A stretch of DNA of 64,000 nucleotides from Flavobacteriales bacterium (GCA_018402085.1 JAGYJM010000001.1:28562-92561); one strand, 5' to 3'; positions 1-14,100 are shown, numbered from the stretch's first letter. Notes: generated by a model not told the origin, from the sequence alone. Numbers and translations are program-made.

Positions 1-1146
1 TCCTGACGAGTTAATCGGGTAACCGAGATTAACCGGGTCACTGAACCGGTCTTTCACAAGGGTTGCCTTGAAGATGTCAAGTCCGCCCAGACCGGCATGA
101 CCATCAGATGAGTACAAAAGCTCCCCCTGGTCAGAAATGAAAGGGAACATTTCATTACCCTCGGTATTGATTGTCGGACCAAGGTTTCGGGGCGGTGTCC
201 AGCCTTCACTGGTGTAACGAACCTCATAGAGGTCAGTGCCGCCATACCCACCCGGCATATTCGAAACAAAGACCATGCGTGTTGAGACAAGGTCAAGCGT
301 CGGGTGGCCGGTCGAGTAAGCATCGCTATTGAAATCGAGTCCTTCTGCTTTCTGCCATTTACCATTTTCCAGACGAATGGCATAGATCTGTAGGTTGGCC
401 GTTCCGGATTCGTCGTATACGGGGCGACCTCGCTTGATGTTGTTCCGCGTAACATACATGACCTGGTTGTTCGGGTCAAAGAAAGCCGGACCATCATGGT
501 AACGGCTGTTGACGTCTCCGGTGAGGCGTTCAGCGTCAACGGCTTCGCCGTTAGCATTCAGGTGGCACGAGAATACATCGAGGTATGGAACCTCGTCGAA
601 AGCTTCCTGATCGAGATCTGTCTGGCGAATACCCGCAGAACAGAAGACGTATTGGTCATTGAACCGGCACATACCAAATGAAGGCTTATCGCTGTTGATC
701 TCGAGGGCTTTCACGTCATATTTTAGGGAGTCGGCATACAGATCTGCGAAATACCTCGTATCGCGGATGTGCAGCTGTGCCCTCCGGTCTTCCGGTGCGC
801 CTTTCGCGTAGCGCGAATACCAGAAAACGGCTTTCGAGTAGTCTCGTCGTGCCTTCAGGGCCTCCGCATAATGCAACTTGTCTTCAGGAATATCACATCC
901 GAGTCGGATGGCTTTGAGGAACCACTCAGCACTCTCTGCGGTTTGTCCGATTTTCCGCAGACAGATTCCCATCCGGCGTACAATTTTGACATCAGCGGTG
1001 TCATCTTCGTAAGCGAGTTGGTAAAGCCCGAGGGCTTCTCCGTAATTATATTTGTCGAACAGCTTATCAGCGCTCTCTTCGACGCTGCTTTGACTGTAAA
1101 GCGCACCTGAAAACAGGATAGCTGTGATAAATAGGATGCGTTTCAT
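1..1146 (-). CDS. TPR / PD40-like beta-propeller (TolB-like) protein, probably OmpA-family. It is a paralog of 21925..24417. Partial: the 3' end lies beyond the left window edge.
   Basis: ATG at 1146..1144. My translation of seven 60-nt stretches (1-60, 481-600, 901-1146) in this frame found no stop, and the frame arithmetic runs to base 1. Starts MKRILFITAILFSGALYSQSSVEESADKLFDKYNYGEALGLYQLAYEDD (signal peptide plus TPR-like helices). Further on come FDEVPYLDVFSCHLNANGEAVDAERLTGDVNSRYHDGPAF and, at the edge, LVKDRFSDPVNLGYPINSSG, which parallel the 837-aa protein. Absent from the ORF track because no stop codon is in the window. Only 11 nt downstream of the PorP/SprF stop. Confidence 0.8.
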   Translation of the reverse strand, partial: MKRILFITAILFSGALYSQSSVEESADKLFDKYNYGEALGLYQLAYEDDTADVKIVRRMGICLRKIGQTAESAEWFLKAIRLGCDIPEDKLHYAEALKARRDYSKAVFWYSRYAKGAPEDRRAQLHIRDTRYFADLYADSLKYDVKALEINSDKPSFGMCRFNDQYVFCSAGIRQTDLDQEAFDEVPYLDVFSCHLNANGEAVDAERLTGDVNSRYHDGPAFFDPNNQVMYVTRNNIKRGRPVYDESGTANLQIYAIRLENGKWQKAEGLDFNSDAYSTGHPTLDLVSTRMVFVSNMPGGYGGTDLYEVRYTSEGWTPPRNLGPTINTEGNEMFPFISDQGELLYSSDGHAGLGGLDIFKATLVKDRFSDPVNLGYPINSSG

Positions 1147-1157
1147 AGCTATTCAGT

Positions 1158-2108
1158 TTAGAAGTATCGGGGGTAAACGATACGGCGACGCTTCGCTTTG
1201 AGCTGGTAGCTCACCATAATTTCGTGGCTTCCGAAGTTGGTGAATACCGCTCGGTTGGCGAGGAAGTCCATAGAGTACCCCACTTTGAATTTCTTGTCAA
1301 TTTCATATTGCACAAAGGCGCCTGCCACTTCCTTGAAGTAGTAATATGCACCAACACGCAAGCTTTCCTTGAAAATCAGGTTGAGGTTGGTTCCTACAGA
1401 AAGCGGCGCATTCTTTGTGCCCCGGGTCAGGATCGAACCCTGAAATTCAAGCTCACGATTGATTTTCCAGAGGCGACCGGCCGAAGCGAAGAATGTAGGC
1501 TGAAGCACCCCTTCTGCAATGGCAAATACCTCTGAAGTTCTTGCGTCAAGCGGGTTCTCAAACAACCTCGGCATCGAAACCGAAGCAAAATTGCGACGGT
1601 CATGGTAGAAAAAGCCAAAGCCAATGTTGGGCATGAATACCGACTGTGCATCTTGCGCAAACTGACTGTCTTCTTGTCCGTAATGGTTCGATGTCAGCGC
1701 AACATCAGTCAGTCGGGCCTGGTACAGACCGGCCGTAGCTTTCAGGCCAAAGCTCATGAAGCCGGTACGTGATACCTGCACCCGCGCTGCGGCATCGGCC
1801 ATAAGCGAAAGCTCACTGGTCGGACCAATCTTGTCGTGATTCAACGTACCTCCAATTGCGAAGCGGTTGCGCTTCAGCGGCATGTCAAAAGACAAGGTCT
1901 GCGTTGATGGAGCGCCCTTGAAGCCGATCCACTGGCTTCGGTGAAAGACGCTAACCACTGCGGTTTCTTTGTAACCTGCGTAGGCAGGGTTCACGCGCAA
2001 CAGATTCAGGAAGTTCTGGGCGTGCATCGCCTCCTGCTGACCGAACGAAGCGGTAGCGAAGAGCGCGAAAAGCACGAGGATGGATGTGTGTTTTATAGTA
2101 GTATGCAT
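1158..2108 (-). CDS. Type IX secretion system membrane protein, PorP/SprF family
   Basis: 316 aa with a signal peptide (ILVLFALFATASFGQQ). N-terminal family signature NLLRVNPAYAGYKETAVVSVFHRSQWIGFKGAPSTQTLSFD and beta-barrel-like alternating sequence. Starts 13 nt after the stop of a type B CTD adhesin, as for sprB-sprF. Confidence 0.9.
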   Translation of the reverse strand: MHTTIKHTSILVLFALFATASFGQQEAMHAQNFLNLLRVNPAYAGYKETAVVSVFHRSQWIGFKGAPSTQTLSFDMPLKRNRFAIGGTLNHDKIGPTSELSLMADAAARVQVSRTGFMSFGLKATAGLYQARLTDVALTSNHYGQEDSQFAQDAQSVFMPNIGFGFFYHDRRNFASVSMPRLFENPLDARTSEVFAIAEGVLQPTFFASAGRLWKINRELEFQGSILTRGTKNAPLSVGTNLNLIFKESLRVGAYYYFKEVAGAFVQYEIDKKFKVGYSMDFLANRAVFTNFGSHEIMVSYQLKAKRRRIVYPRYF

Positions 2109-2121
2109 AGCGTGTGAGTTC

Positions 2122-5100
2122 TTAGTGATTCAGGTAAACATATCCTTTGACCGGTTTGACTCCGTTGCCCAGTTCCAGCACCATGAAGTAGGTGCCTTCA
2201 GGTAAGAAGCCGTTACCCAGGTCGAGGGCGTCTTGTGAACGACCGTCCCAGTCGTTCTGGTAATTTTCAGATTCGTACACCATTCTGCCCCAGCGGTTGT
2301 AGATGCTGATGCGATGGTCAGGATAGTCTTCCAGCCCGATGATCTCGAAGGTGTCGTTCACTCCGTCACCATTTGGTGAGATACCCTCAGGAATGATGAG
2401 GTCAATGAAGCACTCTACCTGTACCACCACAATGGCAGTATCGCAAGCATTGTAGATGTCACAAACCACGTAGGTGATGGTGTCTGTTCCACACCAGCCT
2501 TCGTTGGGTGAATAGTTAAGCATATCATCTATAATGCTCACGACACCGTTCTGCGCAGAGGCGCTTCCCACGGTGATCGGGTCGCCGTCAGGATCCCAGT
2601 CATTGTCGAGTACGTCAATGGTGATGTCAGTATCCTCTTCGAGGAAATCAGCATTATCGTCTTCACCTACCGGCGGGTTGTTCACGAGCACAAGGAAGCT
2701 ACAGTTCACCGAGTTGCCCGCTTCATCCGTCGCCTCGAATACCACTTCAGTGTATCCGTGCGGGAACACGTCGCCGCTCTCAAGGCCTTCAATCATCGTC
2801 ATTGTCGCACCACAGTTATCGCTGAATACCGGGAGGTCGTACTCCACAATTGCATCGGTGGTCACGATGTCTTCCGGACATTCAATCACAGGTGCTTCAG
2901 TGTCTTCTACGGTCACACTGTACGAGCAGGTCACGGTGTTGCCGCTGGCGTCAGTCGCTTCGAAGGTCAGTGTCGTCGTTCCGATCGGGAATACTTCACC
3001 GCTTTCGAGTCCTTCAGTCAGTACAATGCTCTCCAACGCACAGTTGTCAAAGGCCTCAGGAAGCTCGTAAGTGAACTCTGCACCACAAATACCCGGGGTA
3101 TTCGCAATGGTGAGGTCTTCCGGACAATCAAAGCTTGGTGCCTCAGCATCCAACACGGTGATCGTAAACGCACATAGGGTTGAGTTGCCGTGGTCGTCAG
3201 TGAAGAGGTAGCTGACCTCAGACACTCCGGTTTCGAAGAAGCTGCCCGGTTCTTGTCCGGAAATCAGCTCAACTTCTACGTTACCACAGTTGTCAGTCGC
3301 TGTGGGTACAGTAAAGTCTACTACAGCGCCACACTCACCGGCATCGGTGTTCACTTCGATGCTGGTCGGACAATCCGACATAAGCGGTTCTTCGTCATCG
3401 GTGATGGTTACCGTGAAGCTGCATTCAGTGGTGTTACCGGCATCGTCAATGGCCATGTAGGTCACCGTAGTCTCGCCCACGCTGAAGAAGCTGCCCGAGG
3501 CCGCGCCTTCAATCAGTGAAACCTCACTCACACCACAGTTGTCTGTTGCCGTTGGCATGTCGTAGTTCACGATGGCGCCACACTGGCCTTCATCTGCAGT
3601 CATCAGGATATCTTCCGGACAAGAGATCGCAGGTGCTTCGTCATCCGTTACGGTCACCGTGAAGCTACAGCTGGCAGTGTTGCCGAAGCCGTCGGTTACT
3701 TCCCAGGTGACGACTGTTGAGCCAACAGGGAAGAACGATCCACTGTCAAGTCCTTCAGTCAGCACCACAGATGCTACGGTACAGTTATCGGTCGCTACCG
3801 GTGCAGTGTAGTTCACGGTTGCCCCGCATGCACCTGCTTCAGCAGTCACTTCAATGTCATCTTCACACTCGATCTCCGGCGCGATGGCGTCGTCAATCAA
3901 CACCATGAAGCTGCACGTGGTTACATTCCCTGAGTCATCCGTTGCGGTAACGGTAACTTCTGTGTTCTCAGTGATCACTGTTCCGGCAATCGGTGACTGT
4001 GCGAGTGCAACAGGACTGCAGTTGTCATTCGCAGTAACCAATCCGAGGTAATCGCCGATCACCGTATCACAATCGTCAGAAAGTGCTTCAGTCTGGTCTT
4101 CCGGACACTCAATCACCGGTGCAGTGGTGTCAATCACCTCAACACTGAAGGTACAGGTCGTTACATTGCCGTCTTCGTCGGTTGCCGTGAGGGTAATCAC
4201 TTCAACACCGAGGGTCAGCACGGTTCCGGCAACCGGTTCCTGCGTTACGGTCACAGCAGTACAGTTATCGCTGGTGATGGCGTCACCGGTGTAATCCGGC
4301 AGCGCAACCTCACACGCATCGTTCACTTCGAGGGTCTGATCGGCCACGCACGTAATCTCTGGTGCAATGGTATCGTCAAGCGTTACGGTAAACGTACAGC
4401 TGGTGCTGTTTCCGCTATCGTCTGTCGCGGTGAGTGTAATCTCCTGCGTGGTGCCTGATCCGTTCAGTACGGTTCCGGCAACAGGCGACTGCGTCAGCGT
4501 CAGATCTGCATCACAGTTGTCAGCAGCTACCGCCATACCGGTGTAATCCGGCAGCGCAAAGGCACAGTTGTCGTCTACGAGCTCTGTCTGGTCTTCCGGA
4601 CAAAGGATGCTTGGTGCTTCGTTGTCTTCTACCGTCACAGTCTGCACACAAGTGGTCACATTGCCGTGAATGTCGGTGATGGTCCAGGTCAGCGTCGTCA
4701 CACCCAGCGGGTACATACCCGATGCGTCTGAAGTACTCGTCAGGTCGTTGCTTACTGAGGCAATTCCACAGTTATCTTCCGCCAGAAATGGCGGGATGTT
4801 AACGTTCGCCTCACATAGACCGGCATCTGCTGAAGCCACGAGGTCAGCCGGACATTCAACCGCAGGGGCTTCGTTGTCTTCTACGGTCACGGTCATCGAG
4901 CAAGTGCTCACATTGCCGTGGATATCGGTAACGGTCCAGTTCACCGTCGTCACTCCTTGTGGGTATACATCAGAAGCGTCAGCGGTGCTGTTGTAGTCGT
5001 TTTCAATCGTTGCGATGGCACAGTTGTCATCCGCCACAAATGGCGGGATGCTAACATTGGCCTCACATACGCCGGCATCGGTTGATACCGTGAGGTCATC

Positions 5101-8100
5101 CGGACATGTAATCACCGGCTGCTCATCGTCAGTTACAACGATGGTCTGTGCACAGGTTGCCGTGTTTCCGGCAAGGTCTGTCACCGTCCAGGTTACCGTC
5201 GTCGAACCTACAGGGTATACATCCGTTGCATCGGCCGAGCCGTTGTAGTCATTCACTACAGAAGCCACACCACAGTTGTCATCCGATACAGGAGCTGCGA
5301 TGCTCACAAGGGCTTCACATACGCCGGCATCAGCAGTTTGCGTGATGTCAGACGGACAAGTAATGGTTGGGCTCTCAGCATCAAGTACGGTTACGGTGGT
5401 TACACAGGTGCTGGTGTTGCCTGCCGCATCTGTTACCGTCCAGGTTACGGTTGTTGTACCTACTGAGTATACATCGCTGGCGTCAGCAGTACCGTTGTAA
5501 TCGTTCACTACAGACTGCACAGTACAGTTGTCTGCCACTACAGGAAGCGCAATGCTTACGGGAGTGTCACAGCTACCGGCTGCCGCATCGATGGTTACCG
5601 TGCCTTCACAAGTGATGGTTGGGTTTTCATCGTCGGTCACAACTACTTCCTGTGTACAGGTGGCGGTGTTACCGTTGTTATCAGTCACGATCCAGGTCAC
5701 GGTGGTAGAGCCGATTGGGAAGGTCGCAGGAGCATCGTTCACCAGAGTTGCAACTCCACAGTTGTCGTCGGTTACCGGAGTACCGAGTGCTACGGTTGCG
5801 AAGCATGAACCGGCATCGGTAGTCGCTGCAATGTCTGCAGGGCAAGCGATGGTCGGATCTTCATCGTCAGTTACAACTACCTCCTGAGTACAAGTGGCAG
5901 TGTTACCGTAGTTGTCAGTTACCGTCCAGGTTACGGTGGTTGAACCAACAGCGAAGGTTGCAGGTGCATCGTTGCTCACTGAAGCCACTCCACAGTTATC
6001 AGCCGTTACCGGAGTACCGAGTGCAACGGTTGCGAAGCAGGAGCCCGCATCAGTAGTCTGAGCGATATCCGCAGGGCAAGTGATGGTTGGGGCTTCATCG
6101 TCAGTTACAATCACTTCCTGAGTACAGGTCGCAGTGTTACCGTTGTTGTCGGTTACCGTCCAGGTTACCGTGGTTGAACCAATCGGGAACTGAGCCGGAG
6201 CATCGTTGCTCACTGAAGCCACACCACAGTTATCATCCGTCACCGGAGTACCGAGCGCTACGGTTGCGAAGCAAGAGCCGGCATCGGCGGTTTGGGTGAT
6301 ATCCGCAGGACATGCGATGGTTGGGTCTTCGTCGTCAGTGACTACTACTTCCTGGGTACAGGTCGCAGTGTTGCCGTTGTTATCGGTTACCGTCCAGGTT
6401 ACCGTGGTTGAACCAATCGGGAACTGAGCAGGCGCATCATTTACAACAGAAGCCACGCCACAGTTATCATCGGTAGCAGGTGTGCCGAGGGCTACCGTTG
6501 CGAAGCAGGAGCCGGCATCGGCGGTTTGAGTGATATCCGCAGGACATGCGATGGTTGGGTCTTCGTCATCAGAAACTACAACCTCCTGAGTACAGGTGGC
6601 CGTGTTGCCGTTGTTATCGATTACCGTCCAGGTTACCGTGGTTGAACCAATCGGGAATTGAGCCGGAGCGTCATTGCTCACTGAAGCCACACCGCAGTTA
6701 TCAGCTGTTACCGGAGATCCGAGTGCTACGGTTGCGAAGCAAGAGCCCGCATCAGTAGTCTGAGCGATATCCGCAGGACATGTGATGGTTGGGTCTTCAT
6801 CGTCAGTTACAACTACTTCCTGAGTGCAAGTCGCCGTGTTGCCGTAATCGTCGGTTACCGTCCAGGTTACCGTGGTTGAACCAATCGGGAACTGAGCCGG
6901 AGCATCATTTACAACAGACGCCACTCCGCAGTTGTCATCCGTCACCGGAGTGCCGACTGCTACGGTTGCGAAGCAAGAGCCGGCATCGGCGGTTTGGGTG
7001 ATATCCGCAGGACAAGCAATCGTTGGGTCTTCGTCGTCAGTGACTACTACTTCCTGGGTACAGGTCGCAGTGTTGCCGTTGTTATCGGTTACCGTCCACG
7101 TCAAGATCGTTGAACCAATCGGGAAGGTCGCTGGTGCGTCGTTCACTACAGAAGCCACGCCACAGTTATCATCGGTAGCAGGTGTGCCGAGGGCTACCGT
7201 TGCGAAGCAAGAGCCGGCATCGGCGGTTTGGGTGATATCCGCAGGGCATGCGATGGTTGGGTCTTCGTCATCAGAAACTACAACCTCCTGAGTACAGGTG
7301 GCCGTGTTGCCGTTGTTATCGGTTACCGTCCAGGTTACCGTGGTTGAACCAATCGGGAACTGAGCCGGAGCATCGTTGCTCACAGACGCCACTCCGCAGT
7401 TGTCATCCGTCACCGGAGTGCTGAGTGCTACGGTTGCGAAGCAGGAGCCCGCATCAGTAGTCTGAGCGATATCCGCAGGACATGTGATGGTTGGGTCTTC
7501 ATCGTCAGTTACAACTACTTCCTGAGTGCAGGTCGCCGTGTTGCCGTAATCGTCGGTTACCGTCCAGGTTACCGTGGTTGAACCAATCGGGAACTGAGCA
7601 GGCGCATCATTTACAACAGAAGCCACACCACAGTTATCATCCGTCACCGGAGATCCGAGTGCTACGGTTGCGAAGCAAGAACCGGCATCGGCGGTTTGCG
7701 TGATATCGGCAGGACAAGCGATGGTTGGCAGTTCGTTATCTGATACCGTTACCACTTGCTCACAAGTAGTCACGTTACCGGCGATATCGGTTACCGTCCA
7801 GGTTACTGAGGTTGCACCAATCGGGAAGGTTGCAGGTGCATCGTTCGTTACTGAAGCGATGGCACAGTTGTCGATAGCCGCAGGCGCATCAAGCGTGATG
7901 GTCGCAAAGCAGCTGGTAGCATCCGTCGCTTCTGCGACGTCAGCAGCACAAGTCACTACAGGAGCCACGCTATCTTCAAGTGTAACATCGAAGAAACACT
8001 CGGTTGAATTACCGTTCGCATCGGTCACCGTAACGGTCACGTTTACGACCGAACCATGTCCGGAAACAATCGTTCCGGCTGCAGGAGACTGTGAAATCGT

Positions 8101-11100
8101 CAGGTTGTTGTCGCAGTTGTCAGTCGCTATAACGCTTAAAGTGTAGTTAGGCAGGGTTGCTTCACAGTTGGCTCCAAGCTGGAGGGTCGTATTTGGTGCG
8201 CAGGTCACGATGACCGGTGCGTCGGTATCTTCTACAATAAGGTCAAAAGTGCAGTCAGTGCTATTACCGGCGGCATCTGTAGCAGTAAGGGTTATAGTAG
8301 TGTTACCAGCTACAACGGTTCCGGCTGCAGGAGACTGAGTTACCGTCAGTACAGCGTCGCAATTATCATTGCTTACTGCAAGTGTGGTATAATCTGCAAG
8401 TGTAAACTGACAGTTGGTGTCGGCAGATACATTGATGTTTGCAGGGCAATCGATCACCGGAGCTTCAACATCGTTTACCGTGATGACCTGCTCACATGTG
8501 GTTGTATTACCGGAGTCATCAGTTACGGTCCAGGTTACGTTCGTTGAACCGATTGGGAAGGTTGCAGGAGCATCATTCACCACAGTTGCAACTCCACAGT
8601 TGTCATCCGTTACCGGAGTACCGAGTGATACTGTTGCGAAGCAAGAACCAGCATCGGTAGTCGCTGCGATATCCGCAGGGCATGCGATGGTAGGGTCTTC
8701 GTCGTCAGTTACCACTACTTCTTGCGCACAAGTGGCAGTGTTACCGTAGTCGTCAGTGACAGTCCATGTTACGATAGTTGAACCAATCGGGAATTGAGCC
8801 GGAGCGTCATTGCTCACTGAAGCCACACCGCAGTTATCAGCTGTTACCGGAGATCCGAGTGCTACGGTTGCGAAGCAAGAGCCGGCATCGGCGGTTTGAG
8901 TAATATCCTCAGGACAAGCAATCGTAGGGTCTTCGTCGTCGGTTACCACAACCTCCTGAGTACAGGTGGCCGTGTTGCCGTTGTTATCGGTTACCGTCCA
9001 GGTTACCGTGGTTGAACCAATCGGGAATTGAGCCGGAGCGTCATTGCTCACTGAAGCCACACCGCAGTTATCAGCTGTTACCGGAGATCCGAGTGCTACG
9101 GTTGCGAAGCAAGAGCCGGCATCGGCGGTTTGAGTAATATCCTCAGGACAAGCAATCGTTGGGTTTTCGTCGTCAGTCACAACTACTTCCTGAGTACAGG
9201 TGGCAGTGTTACCGTAGTCGTCAGTGACAGTCCAGGTTACCGTGGTTGAACCAATCGGGAATTGAGCCGGAGCGTCATTGCTCACTGAAGCCACACCGCA
9301 GTTATCAGCTGTTACCGGAGATCCGAGTGCTACGGTTGCGAAGCAAGAGCCGGCATCGGCGGTTTGAGTAATATCCTCAGGACAAGCAATCGTTGGGTTT
9401 TCGTTGTCAGTCACAACTACTTCCTGAGTACAGGTGGCAGTGTTACCGTAGTCGTCAGTGACAGTCCAGGTTACCGTGGTTGAACCAATCGGGAACTGAG
9501 CGGGTGCGTCGTTCACGACAGTAGCTACATCGCAGTTGTCGTCGGTCACCGGAGTGCCGAGTGCTACGGTTGCGAAGCAAGAGCCGGCATCGGCGGTTTG
9601 AGTAATATCCTCAGGACAAGCAATCGTAGGGTCTTCGTCGTCGGTTACCACAACCTCCTGAGTACAGGTGGCCGTGTTGCCGTTGTTATCGGTTACCGTC
9701 CAGGTTACCGTGGTTGAACCAATCGGGAACTGAGCGGGTGCGTCGTTCACGACAGTAGCTACACCACAGTTGTCATCCGTCACCGGGGTGCCGAGTGCTA
9801 CGGTTGCGAAGCAAGAGCCGGCATCGGCGGTTTGAGTAATATCCTCAGGACAAGCAATCGTTGGGTTTTCGTCGTCAGTCACAACTACTTCCTGGGTACA
9901 GGTGGCAGTGTTACCGTTGTTATCAGTCACGGTCCAGGTCACGGTGGTAGAGCCGATTGGGAAGGTCGCAGGCGCATCGTTCACCAGAGTTGCAACTCCA
10001 CAGTTGTCATCCGTCACCGGAGTACCGAGTGCTACGGTTGCGAAGCATGAACCGGCATCGGTAGTCGCAGCAATGTCTGCAGGGCAAGCGATGGTCGGAT
10101 CTTCATCGTCAGTTACAACTACCTCCTGAGTACAGGTGGCCGTGTTGCCGTAATCATCGGTTACTGTCCAAGTCACGCTTGTTGAACCAATCGGGAATTG
10201 AGCCGGAGCGTCATTGCTCACTGAAGCTACACCACAGTTGTCATCCGTCACCGGAGTGCCGAGTGCTACGGTTGCGAAGCAAGAGCCGGCATCGGCGGTT
10301 TGAGTAATATCCTCAGGACAAGCAATCGTAGGGTCTTCGTCGTCGGTTACCACAACCTCCTGAGTACAGGTGGCCGTGTTGCCGTTGTTATCGGTTACCG
10401 TCCAGGTTACCGTGGTTGAACCAATCGGGAACTGAGCGGGTGCGTCGTTCACGACAGTAGCTACACCACAGTTGTCATCCGTCACCGGAGTGCCGAGTGC
10501 TACGGTTGCGAAGCAAGAGCCGGCATCGGCGGTTTGGGTGATATCCGCAGGACATGCGATGGTTGGCAGTTCGTTATCTGATACCGTTACCACTTGCTCA
10601 CAAGTAGTCACGTTACCGGCGATATCGGTAACTGTCCACGTCACGGTAGTTGAACCGATCGGGAAAGTTGCAGGTGCATCGTTTGTAACTGAAGCGATGG
10701 CACAGTTGTCGGTAGCCGCAGGCGCATCAAGCGTGATGGTCGCAAAGCAGCTGGTAGCATCCGTCGCTTCTGCGACGTCAGCAGCACATGTAACTACAGG
10801 TGACTCAGCGTCATCCAGGGTTACATCAAAGAAACACTCGGTACTGTTACCATTGGCATCTGTAACGGTGATCGTTACAGGAACCACGGTAGTGTGACCG
10901 GAAACAATGCTTCCGGCAGCCGGCGACTGTGAAATCGTTGGGTTGTTGTCGCAGTTGTCAGTCGCGACGATGCTTAAAGTGTAGTCAGGCAGGGTTGCTT
11001 CACAGTTGGCTCCGATTTGGAGTGTTGTATTTGGGGCACAGGTCACAATGACCGGCGCGTCGGTGTCTTCTACAATAAGGTCAAAGGTGCAGTCAGTGCT

Positions 11101-14100
11101 ATTGCCCGCAGCGTCCGTTGCGGTGAGGGTAACCGTAGTCGTACCTGACACAGTGGTACCTGCAGCCGGCGACTGGGTGATGGTCAATACGGCATCACAG
11201 TTGTCACTGCTTACCGCAAGCGCAGTATAATCAGAAAGGGTGAACTGGCAATCAGCATCAGCCGACACGTTCATGTTTGAAGGACAAGCAATCGTAGGAT
11301 CTTCGTCGTCGGTTACCACAACCTCCTGAGTACAGGTTGCAGTGTTACCGTAGTCGTCAGTGACAGTCCATGTTACGATAGTTGAACCAATCGGGAACTG
11401 AGCCGGAGCATCGTTGCTCACTGAAGCTACACCGCAGTTATCAGCTGTTACCGGAGTGCCGAGGGCTACGGTTGCGAAGCAAGAGCCCGCGTCAGCAGTC
11501 TGGTTGATATCCGCAGGGCATGCGATGGTTGGGTTTTCGTCGTCAGTCACAACTACTTCCTGGGTACAGGTGGCAGTGTTACCGTAGTCGTCAGTGACAG
11601 TCCATGTTACGATAGTTGAACCAATCGGGAACTGAGCGGGTGCGTCGTTCACGACAGTAGCTACACCGCAGTTGTCGTCGGTCACCGGAGTGCCGAGTGC
11701 TACGGTTGCGAAGCATGAACCGGCATCGGCGGTCTGGGTGATATCCTCAGGGCATGCGATGGTTGGGTCTTCGTCATCAGAAACTACAACCTCCTGAGTA
11801 CAGGTGGCCGCGTTGCCATTGTTATCGGTTACCGTCCAGGTTACCGTGGTTGAACCGATCGGGAACTGAGCGGGTGCGTCGTTCACCACAGTTGCAACTC
11901 CGCAGTTGTCGTCGGTCACCGGAGTACCGAGTGCTACGGTTGCGAAGCAAGAGCCGGCATCGGCGGCTTGAGTGATATCCGCAGGGCATGCGATGGTTGG
12001 GTCTTCGTCGTCGGTTACGACAACTTCTTGCGTACACGTCGCTGCGTTACCGTTGTTATCAGTCACGGTCCAGGTCACGGTGGTAGAGCCGATTGGGAAG
12101 GTCGCAGGCGCATCGTTCACCACAGTTGCAACTCCGCAGTTGTCGTCGGTTACCGGAGTGCTGAGTGCTACGGTTGCGAAGCAAGAACCTGCATCAGCAG
12201 TCTGCGTGATATCCGCAGGACAAGCAATCGTAGGATCTTCGTCGTCGGTTACCACAACCTCCTGAGTACAGGTTGCAGTGTTACCGTAGTCGTCAGTGAC
12301 AGTCCATGTTACGATAGTTGAACCAATCGGGAACTGAGCGGGTGCGTCGTTCACTACAGTTGCAACTCCGCAGTTGTCATCCGTCACCGGAGTGCCGAGT
12401 GCTACGGTTGCGAAGCAGGAGCCCGCATCAGTAGTCTGAGCGATATCCGCAGGGCATGCGATGGTTGGGTCTTCGTCATCAGAAACTACAACCTCCTGAG
12501 TACAGGTGGCCGCGTTGCCATTGTTATCGGTTACCGTCCAGTTTACCGTGGTTGAACCAATCGGGAACTGAGCCGGAGCATCGTTGCTCACAGACGCCAC
12601 TCCGCAGTTATCAGCTGTCACCGGAGTGCCAAGTGCTACGGTTGCGAAGCAAGAGCCGGCATCGGCGGTTTGCGTGATATCCGCAGGGCATGCGATGGTT
12701 GGGTCTTCGTCGTCAGTTACAACTACCTCCTGAGTACAGGTTCCAGTGTTACCGTAGTCGTCAGTGACAGTCCATGTTACGATAGTTGAACCAATCGGGA
12801 ACTGAGCCGGAGCATCGTTGCTCACAGACGCCACTCCGCAGTTGTCAGCTGTCACCGGAGTGCCAAGTGCTACGGTTGCGAAGCAAGAGCCGGCATCGGC
12901 GGTTTGCGTGATATCCGCAGGGCATGCGATGGTTGGGTCTTCGTCGTCAGTTACAACTACCTCCTGAGTACAGGTGGCCGCGTTGCCATTGTTATCGGTT
13001 ACCGTCCAGTTTACCGTGGTTGAACCAATCGGGAACTGAGCCGGAGCATCGTTGCTCACAGTTGCAACTCCGCAGTTGTCGTCGGTCACCGGAGTGCCGA
13101 GTGCTACGGTTGCGAAGCAAGAGCCGGCATCGGCGGTTTGAGTGATATCCGCAGGACAAGCAATCGTAGGATCTTCGTCGTCAGTCACAACTACCTCCTG
13201 AGTACAGGTCACAGTGTTGCCGTAGTCGTCGGTTACCGTCCAGTTTACCGTGGTTGAACCAATCGGGAACTGAGCCGGAGCATCGTTGCTCACAGACGCC
13301 ACTCCGCAGTTGTCATCCGTCATCGGAGTACCGAGTGCTACGGTTGCGAAGCAAGAGCCGGCATCGGCGGTTTGGGTGATATCCGCAGGGCATGCGATGG
13401 TTGGGTCTTCGTCATCAGAAACTACAACCTCCTGAGTACAGGTGGCCGTGTTGCCGTTGTTATCGGTTACCGTCCAGGTTACCGTGGTTGAACCGATCGG
13501 GAACTGAGCGGGTGCGTCGTTCACTACAGTTGCAACTCCGCAGTTGTCGTCGGTCACCGGAGTGCCGAGTGCTACGGTTGCGAAGCAAGAGCCCGCGTCA
13601 GCAGTCTGGTTGATATCCGCAGGACAAGCGATGGTTGGGTTTTCGTCATCAGAAACTACAACCTCCTGAGTACAGGTGGCCGTGTTGCCGTAATCATCGG
13701 TTACTGTCCAAGTCACGCTTGTTGAACCAATCGGGAACTGAGCCGGAGCGTCATTGCTCACTGAAGCCACACCGCAGTTATCAGCTGTTACCGGAGATCC
13801 GAGTGCTACGGTTGCGAAGCAGGAGCCGGCATCGGCGGTTTGCGTGATATCCGCAGGACAAGCGATGGTTGGGTTTTCGTCGTCGGTCACAACTACCTCC
13901 TGAGTACAGGTGGCCGCGTTGCCATTGTTATCGGTTACCGTCCAGTTTACCGTGGTTGAACCAATCGGGAACTGAGCCGGAGCATCGTTGCTCACAGACG
14001 CCACTCCGCAGTTATCAGCTGTCACCGGAGTGCCAAGTGCTACGGTTGCGAAGCAAGAGCCGGCATCGGCGGTTTGCGTGATATCCGCAGGGCATGCGAT

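Noticed and set aside
54-1110. Track ORFs 54..557 (-), 496..681 (+), 769..1110 (+) and 855..1106 (-).
   Set aside because: All lie inside the stop-free minus-strand frame that starts at 1146 and encodes a clear paralog of the 837-aa TPR/PD40/OmpA protein. The track missed that frame only because its stop lies outside the window.
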